This document shows, one piece after another, positions 58,811 to 64,000 of a stretch of DNA of 64,000 bases. The DNA is taken from assembly GCA_963775425.1 (NCBI GenBank), contig CAVZJB010000011.1:64001-128000 (forward strand), read 5' to 3'. This stretch comes from an uncultured delta proteobacterium (GTDB taxonomy: Bacteria; Myxococcota; UBA727; VGSZ01). Positions within the stretch are counted from its first letter, which is position 1, and every line of letters starts with the position of its first letter. The notes under the pieces are model-generated. The model saw only the letters and a program-made list of their open reading frames with translations. It had not been told where the DNA came from and did not search any database. Made by a program: the position numbers and the translations under genes.

Positions 58811-59554
58811 GTGACCGCCACCGACTACAACCGCGACGTGTACGACCGCATCTGGCGACAGATGTCGGACTTCATCCGCTACAACCCGGGGGCCCGGCAC
58901 CGCCGGCGGCACGTGTTCGACCTCGTCGAGCGCTGCCGGTTCGACTCCCTGCTCGACGTCGGCTGCGGCAACGGGGAGCTGCTGCGGCTCATCGAGGACC
59001 GTTGGCCCGGCCGGCGGCTCGCGGGTGCCGATCTGTCCTCGTCCGTGGTGGAGCAGAACCGGCGGGCGCTCCCCCGGATGCAGTTCTTCACCAAGGACAT
59101 CGAGCGCGAGGCCTTGCCCGAGGGCTTCGACCTCGTCGTCTGCTCCGAGGTCATCGAGCACCTCGACGACCCGGCCGCCGCCCTCGAGCGCCTGGCGGCC
59201 GCCGCCGTCCCCGGCGGCCACGTGATCGTCACCTGCCCCACAGGCCGCGTCTGGCCGACCGAGCGGCACTTTGGCCATGTCCGCCACCCCCGCCCCGAGG
59301 ACCTCGAGGCCTGGGCCGCCCGGGCCGGCCTGGACGTCGAGGAGCTGTGGTCCTGGGGCTTCCCGTCCTACGCCCTCACCAAGTGGGCCCAGAACATTCG
59401 ACCCGAGGCGGCGCTGAAGGCGTTTGCAGGAGAGCGCCCCTACGGGCTACCTCAGGTCGCGGTGTCCACGGCCCTCTGGCTCGCAAACTTCGCCAACCTC
59501 CGCACGTCTCCGTGGGGCGTGCAGCTCTTTGCTCTTTTGAAGAGGCGCTCTTGA
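58811..59554 (+). CDS. Class I SAM-dependent methyltransferase
   Basis: LLDVGCGNG and FDLVVCSEVIEHL. Confidence 0.88.
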   Translation: MTATDYNRDVYDRIWRQMSDFIRYNPGARHRRRHVFDLVERCRFDSLLDVGCGNGELLRLIEDRWPGRRLAGADLSSSVVEQNRRALPRMQFFTKDIEREALPEGFDLVVCSEVIEHLDDPAAALERLAAAAVPGGHVIVTCPTGRVWPTERHFGHVRHPRPEDLEAWAARAGLDVEELWSWGFPSYALTKWAQNIRPEAALKAFAGERPYGLPQVAVSTALWLANFANLRTSPWGVQLFALLKRRS

Positions 59555-60423
59555 AGATTCGGATCACCGGCGGAAAAGGCATGCTCGGCACCGACCTCGC
59601 CGCCGCCGTCGCCTGGCGCGGACATGACGTCGTCGTCACCGGTCACGAGCTCGACGTCAGCGACCTCGACGCGTTGCGCGCGTTCGCTGCCGAACAACAG
59701 CCCACCCACGTCGTCAACTGCGCCGGCTACACCAACGTCGACGGGTGCGAGGCCGAGCAGGCCCTGGCCGACAAGGTCAACGGCGAAGGCGCCGGCTGCG
59801 TCGGCGTGCTCGCCAAGGAGAAGGGCATCCACGCGGTGCACATCTCCAGCGACTACGTCTTCCCCGGCGACGGCAAGGCGCCCTACGCCGAGGACGCGCC
59901 CACGGGCCCGCTGTCGGCCTACGGCAAGAGCAAGCTCATCGGCGAGGAGCGGTTCCTCGAGGCCACCGGCCGCGAGGGCGCCGTCGTGCGCACCTCGTGG
60001 CTCTACGGCATCCACGGCAAGAGCTTCCCGCGGACCATGCTGAAGCTCATGGCGGACAAGGAGGAGATCGGCGTCGTCGACGATCAGATCGGCCGCCCCA
60101 CCTACACCGCCGACCTCGCCCGCGCCCTCGTCGACGTCGCCGAGCGCAAGCTCACGGGCGTGTGGCACTTCGCCAACGCCGGCGAGGTCTCGTGGCACGG
60201 CTTCGCCAGCACCATCCTCGAGCGCGCCCGCGACAAGGGCATGCCCGTGAAGTGCAAGACGGTGCGCGCCATCAAGACCAGCGAGTACCCCACGCCCGCC
60301 AAGCGGCCGGCGTACTCGGTGCTCGCGACCACCAAGCTCGAGCGCGCGCTCGGCAGGCAGGCGCGGCCGTGGGCCCAGGCGCTCGAGCAGTACCTCGACC
60401 TCGTCAAGACGCGCGGCGTCTGA
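59551..60423 (+). CDS. rfbD: dTDP-4-dehydrorhamnose reductase
   Basis: ITGGKGMLG, NCAGYTNVD, ISSDYVF, YGKSK, DQIGRPT and PAKRPAYS. The TTG start overlaps the upstream stop. Confidence 0.92.
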   Translation: MKIRITGGKGMLGTDLAAAVAWRGHDVVVTGHELDVSDLDALRAFAAEQQPTHVVNCAGYTNVDGCEAEQALADKVNGEGAGCVGVLAKEKGIHAVHISSDYVFPGDGKAPYAEDAPTGPLSAYGKSKLIGEERFLEATGREGAVVRTSWLYGIHGKSFPRTMLKLMADKEEIGVVDDQIGRPTYTADLARALVDVAERKLTGVWHFANAGEVSWHGFASTILERARDKGMPVKCKTVRAIKTSEYPTPAKRPAYSVLATTKLERALGRQARPWAQALEQYLDLVKTRGV

Positions 60424-61615
60424 CGGCGCGCTCGACGACGAAGACGAAGGGCGGCGCGAGCGCCGCCAGCACGATGGACGCCGTGGCCAGCGCGGGGACG
60501 CCGAGGAGGCTCCCGCCGGGCCCGTCGGACAGGACCTGCGACGACGCCGCGGCGCCGACGGCGCTCGCCATGTGCCGCGTGGCCGACTGCACCGAGAGGA
60601 AGCCGGCGCGCTCGTGCGGCTCGGGGACCTTGGTCATGAGCGTGGTCATCGAGACGTTGCGCGTGGTCTGCGAGAGCATGAACGCGCAGAACAGCACGAG
60701 CACCGGCACCGGTGGAACCACGAGCACGAAGCCGAGCCACACCGCCACCGCGAAGCCCACGGTGCCGGCGGTGTTGACGGCGAACGAGCCCACGCGGTCG
60801 ACGATGCGGCCGGTCACCTGCATGACCACGAAGCTGAGCGCGCCGCCGACGAGGTAGAGCCGCCCGAGCTCCGCGCGCGGGTAGTGCAGGTTCTGCTCGA
60901 GGTGCGCGGCGATGTTGGGGATGAGCGCGAAGCCGCTCATCATCGCCAGCGCGAGCGCCGCGTAGGCGAGCAGGTTGATGCGACGGAAGAACAACCGGAG
61001 CAGGCGGGGCGGGCCGCGGCTCGACGCGAGGTGGCCGCGCAGGGACGGCAGCGCGAAGAAGCCGAGGACGACGACGGCGGCGCCGGCCGCCCCGACCCCG
61101 AGGAACGGCAGCCGCCAGCTCCCGATCTCGGCGAGCTCGAGGCCGGCGGGGACGCCGAGGACGCTGGCGACGGAGAAGGCGCCCATGACGGCGCCCATGG
61201 CGCGGCCGCGGCGCTCGACCGGGATGACGTCGGCGATGATGGAGAGCGACACCGACGTGGCGGGGCCGCCGAACATGCCGGCGACCACGCGCGCGAACAG
61301 GAGCGAGCCGAGGCCGGTGGCGAGCGCGCCGAGGAAGGTGCCGCACGCGAGGCCGACCAAGGAGACGAGCAGGGCCTTCTTGCGGTCGAAGCGGTCGAGA
61401 AAAAACGCGCCGGCGATGCCGGCGACGGCGGCGGCGGCGGTGTAGCTGCCGCCGATGAGGCCGAGCCGGCTGGTGGGGATGTCGAGCGCCTTGGCGAAGT
61501 CCGGGCCGAGCGGCATCACCATCATGAAATCGAGGATGTTGACGAACTGCACGGCCCCGATGAGGCCGACGAGGGTCTTTTCGGAGACGACAGGAGGTGC
61601 GGGCGCGTCGAGCAC
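60404..61615 (-). CDS. MFS transporter
   Basis: About 12 TMs, DRFDRKKAL motif A and ERRGRAMG. Confidence 0.9.
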   Translation of the reverse strand: MLDAPAPPVVSEKTLVGLIGAVQFVNILDFMMVMPLGPDFAKALDIPTSRLGLIGGSYTAAAAVAGIAGAFFLDRFDRKKALLVSLVGLACGTFLGALATGLGSLLFARVVAGMFGGPATSVSLSIIADVIPVERRGRAMGAVMGAFSVASVLGVPAGLELAEIGSWRLPFLGVGAAGAAVVVLGFFALPSLRGHLASSRGPPRLLRLFFRRINLLAYAALALAMMSGFALIPNIAAHLEQNLHYPRAELGRLYLVGGALSFVVMQVTGRIVDRVGSFAVNTAGTVGFAVAVWLGFVLVVPPVPVLVLFCAFMLSQTTRNVSMTTLMTKVPEPHERAGFLSVQSATRHMASAVGAAASSQVLSDGPGGSLLGVPALATASIVLAALAPPFVFVVERAVRRRAS

Positions 61616-61782
61616 GACGGTGCCCGTACGATGCACCGGGCGCGCCTTCGTTGCGCGCCCAGGGCCGCCGGGCCGGCCGGAGCGGCGCCGAGCGCAAGGG
61701 CCGGAACCGGCTCCGCGCGCGGCCAAAAATTTCGGCGCGGACCGGGGCGCCCTTAGGCTCCAGGCGCATCCAGGAGGCTCCC

Positions 61783-62301
61783 ATGGTCGCCGTCATGCGC
61801 CCGCGTTCCCCCGCCGCCACGAACCTCGTTCGCAACAACCGCCGCGTCGCCTTCGTCGGGGCCGACGAGCTCGTCATCGCCGGGCGCCCGCGCTCGGCGG
61901 GGTCGGTCCGCGGTGCCATGCCCCGGGAGCCTCTCGTCGAGGGCCGGCGGCGCCCCCGCGTGCCCGTCGCGCTGCGGGCGTGGGTGTGCACCGAGGCGCT
62001 CTCCGTGCGCGGTTTCGCGCTCGACCTCACCGAGAACGGCGCGCGCTTCGGGGGCATGGGCCTCAAGCTCAAGGTCGGCGACGCCGTCATCGTGAAGATC
62101 GTCGTCGACGAGGCCGACGCGCCCGTGGTGATCAAGGGCGAGGTGGTGCGCTACGCCCCGACCGCCGGGGCCTGCCCCGACGTCTGCGTCCGCTTCGTCG
62201 ACGCCCCCGTCGACGAGCACTTCCGCGTCGCGCGCTTCCTCGATCGGAGCGGCCCGGCCGCGCCGGCGGCGCGCACGGCACGGTTGACGCCGGGGCGATA
62301 G
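61783..62301 (+). CDS. PilZ domain protein
   Basis: RxxxR (RRRPR) and DxSxxG-like (DLTENG) motifs. RBS AGGAGG. Confidence 0.8.
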   Translation: MVAVMRPRSPAATNLVRNNRRVAFVGADELVIAGRPRSAGSVRGAMPREPLVEGRRRPRVPVALRAWVCTEALSVRGFALDLTENGARFGGMGLKLKVGDAVIVKIVVDEADAPVVIKGEVVRYAPTAGACPDVCVRFVDAPVDEHFRVARFLDRSGPAAPAARTARLTPGR

Positions 62302-62319
62302 GCGGCCACCGTCCCGCCC

Positions 62320-63462
62320 ATGCCCATCCGGCCGTTTTCGCACTCTCCGTCGGGCGCCGTGGCCTTCGCCCCCGGCGCCGCCGCGCAGGCGGGGCAGCAG
62401 GGACCGCTCAAGAGGGCCAAGAAGATCGCCGTCGTCACCGACGCCGGCGTCAAGGCGGCCGGCCTCTTGGACCGCGTGTTGCCGTCGCTCGGCGAGCGCG
62501 TCGCCTTCGTCGACGACGGCTGCGTCCCCGACGCCGACGTCGCCCACATCAACGCCCTCGGCAAGAGGCTCGCCGACGGCGGCGCCGAGGCGGTCCTCGC
62601 CGTCGGCGGCGGCAGCGTCATGGACTCGGCCAAGTGCGCCGCCGCCGTGGCCGCCAAGGGCAAGAGCATCGAGGACCTCGAGGGCGTGGCCACCGTGCGG
62701 GCGAAGCTCCTGCCGCTCGTGTGCATCCCCACCACGACGGGCACGGGCTCCGAGGCCACCCAGTTCGCCGTCGTCAAAGACCGCGCCGAGGGCCGCAAGC
62801 GCATCCTCATGGACCTGTCGCTGGTCCCCGTCTTGTCCATCCTGGACCCCGAGATGGTGCTCGGCCTGCCCAAGGCGGCCACCGCCGCCACCGGCGTCGA
62901 CGCCGTCACCCACGCCGTCGAGGCCGCGGCGAGCCGGATGCAGAACCCCATCGCCACGGCGCTGTCCGTGGAGGCCGTGCGGCTGCTGCGCGAGGCCCTC
63001 CCGCGCGCGCTCGAGGCCCCCGACGACATCGACGCCCGCGCCGCCTGCCTCGTGGCCGCCAACCTCGCAGGCCAGGCGATCTCGTCGGCGATGCTCGGCG
63101 CCTGCCACGCCTTCGCCCACGCGCTGGGCGCGCTCAAGGGCGTCCCGCACGGCGTGGCCAACGGGATCTTCCTCGTGCCCACCATGCGTGTGAACGCGGA
63201 GAAGGCGAAGCGCGCCTACGGACACCTCGGCCAGGCCCTCGGCGCCCCGACGCTCGACGGCGCCGCCGCCTGGGCCATCGACGCCGTGGAGACCCTGGTC
63301 CACGACGTGGCGGGGATCCCGCGCCGCCTGCGGGACGCCGGGGTCACCGAGGGTGACCTCGACGCACTGGTCCGGCTCACCATGGGCGACGCCGACCTCG
63401 CGACAAACCCTGTTTCGCTCGACGAAGACGGCGTTCGCCGCATACTCTCCGAGCGCTTCTAG
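62320..63462 (+). CDS. Iron-containing alcohol dehydrogenase
   Basis: GGGSVMDSAK, IPTTTGTGSE, DAVTHAVE and CHAFAH...PHG. Confidence 0.92.
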   Translation: MPIRPFSHSPSGAVAFAPGAAAQAGQQGPLKRAKKIAVVTDAGVKAAGLLDRVLPSLGERVAFVDDGCVPDADVAHINALGKRLADGGAEAVLAVGGGSVMDSAKCAAAVAAKGKSIEDLEGVATVRAKLLPLVCIPTTTGTGSEATQFAVVKDRAEGRKRILMDLSLVPVLSILDPEMVLGLPKAATAATGVDAVTHAVEAAASRMQNPIATALSVEAVRLLREALPRALEAPDDIDARAACLVAANLAGQAISSAMLGACHAFAHALGALKGVPHGVANGIFLVPTMRVNAEKAKRAYGHLGQALGAPTLDGAAAWAIDAVETLVHDVAGIPRRLRDAGVTEGDLDALVRLTMGDADLATNPVSLDEDGVRRILSERF

Positions 63463-63487
63463 GGGCGCGCTTCAGGGAAGGATCGCG

Positions 63488-63835
63488 ATGGCCGACGGCG
63501 ACGACGTCTGGGTGGAAGTCGAGGTGCTCAAGGGCACGCTGGTCAGCGTGTACCGCGGCCGGGTGTCGGCGAAGACCCTCAACGCGTGGCGCAGCGGCGA
63601 GCTCGGCAAGGGCTGCTTCGAGCTACAGGACACGTACTGGAGCTACGACGAGGGCGACGGCAACGAGGGCTGGGTCGTCGTCGGCGCCACCGCCGGGCCG
63701 TACGCCGCGGCGCACGGCACCACGTTCATCCGCAGCGACCTCGTGCTGGTCATCGTCCCGCTGCGCGACGGCACCGAGCGCGAGATGCACAAGGTCCGCC
63801 CCGTCGGCGGCGCTGCCCGCGACGACGACTACTGA
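63488..63835 (+). CDS. Small hypothetical protein
   Basis: ORF from MADGDDVW with typical codon usage. Confidence 0.6.
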   Translation: MADGDDVWVEVEVLKGTLVSVYRGRVSAKTLNAWRSGELGKGCFELQDTYWSYDEGDGNEGWVVVGATAGPYAAAHGTTFIRSDLVLVIVPLRDGTEREMHKVRPVGGAARDDDY

Positions 63836-64000
63836 GAGGGTGTTTACAAATTGGCACCGCGGTCGATGGACGCACGGCGGAAGGGCGACGGCGCTGACTT
63901 CGGCCGCGGAGGCAGCTTCGGCGCTGCGGCGACGCGCCGCATGAGCAGGCTCGCGTGCGCGAACCAGACCCACGCTTCGGCGACATCGATGCGCTGCTCG
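63836..64000 (-). mobile_element. IS5-family (IS1031-like) element: right end and transposase C-terminus (partial)
   Basis: Minus strand EQRIDVAEAWVWFAHASLLMRRVA...NL* (stop at 63844). Terminal repeat GAGGGTGTTTACAAA at 63836, preceded by TGA. Confidence 0.8.

Noticed and set aside
58811-60423. Methyltransferase + rfbD as a dedicated glycosylation system for the giant adhesin
   Set aside because: Only adjacency supports it. There are no glycosyltransferases or other rml genes here, and a tRNA separates the genes.

Overview
Very GC-rich bacterial DNA, most consistent with a Myxococcota/deltaproteobacterial genome (inferred from the DUF507 gene, a MYXO-CTERM-like motif, an AgmX/TonB-C domain, (GE)n lipoproteins and sigma54-type regulation). 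About 47 CDS, one tRNA-Gln(CTG) and two IS traces: a decayed IS1182-like remnant at ~17.3-17.6 kb and an IS5/IS1031-like end at the right edge. Main blocks: (i) 7.0-9.9 kb: a Cyc2-like cytochrome-porin fusion, a fused tri-heme cytochrome with an internal MYXO-CTERM-like anchor, and a divergent membrane-bound LuxR regulator. This is the best candidate for an undescribed outer-membrane redox system. (ii) 17.8-29.1 kb: a stress/dormancy island (MscS-DUF5752 fusion, TreT, OtsAB, YHS, glucan phosphorylase, FtsH, PRTase, THUMP, archease, HPF-CSD). (iii) 33.7-35.5 kb: one polypeptide with ExbB-like, ExbD-like and TonB-C-like parts. (iv) 35.5-41.9 kb: a compositionally atypical block (beta-helix protein, pseudo-receiver sigma54 activator, BclA-like collagen) with matching -24/-12 motifs. 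(v) 45.6-58.5 kb: a ~4300-aa Ig-repeat surface lipoprotein next to tRNA-Gln. Two genes are broken by the same +1 A in the same context (CAGATCT read as CAGAATCT). All family assignments are motif recognition by eye; no database searches were run.
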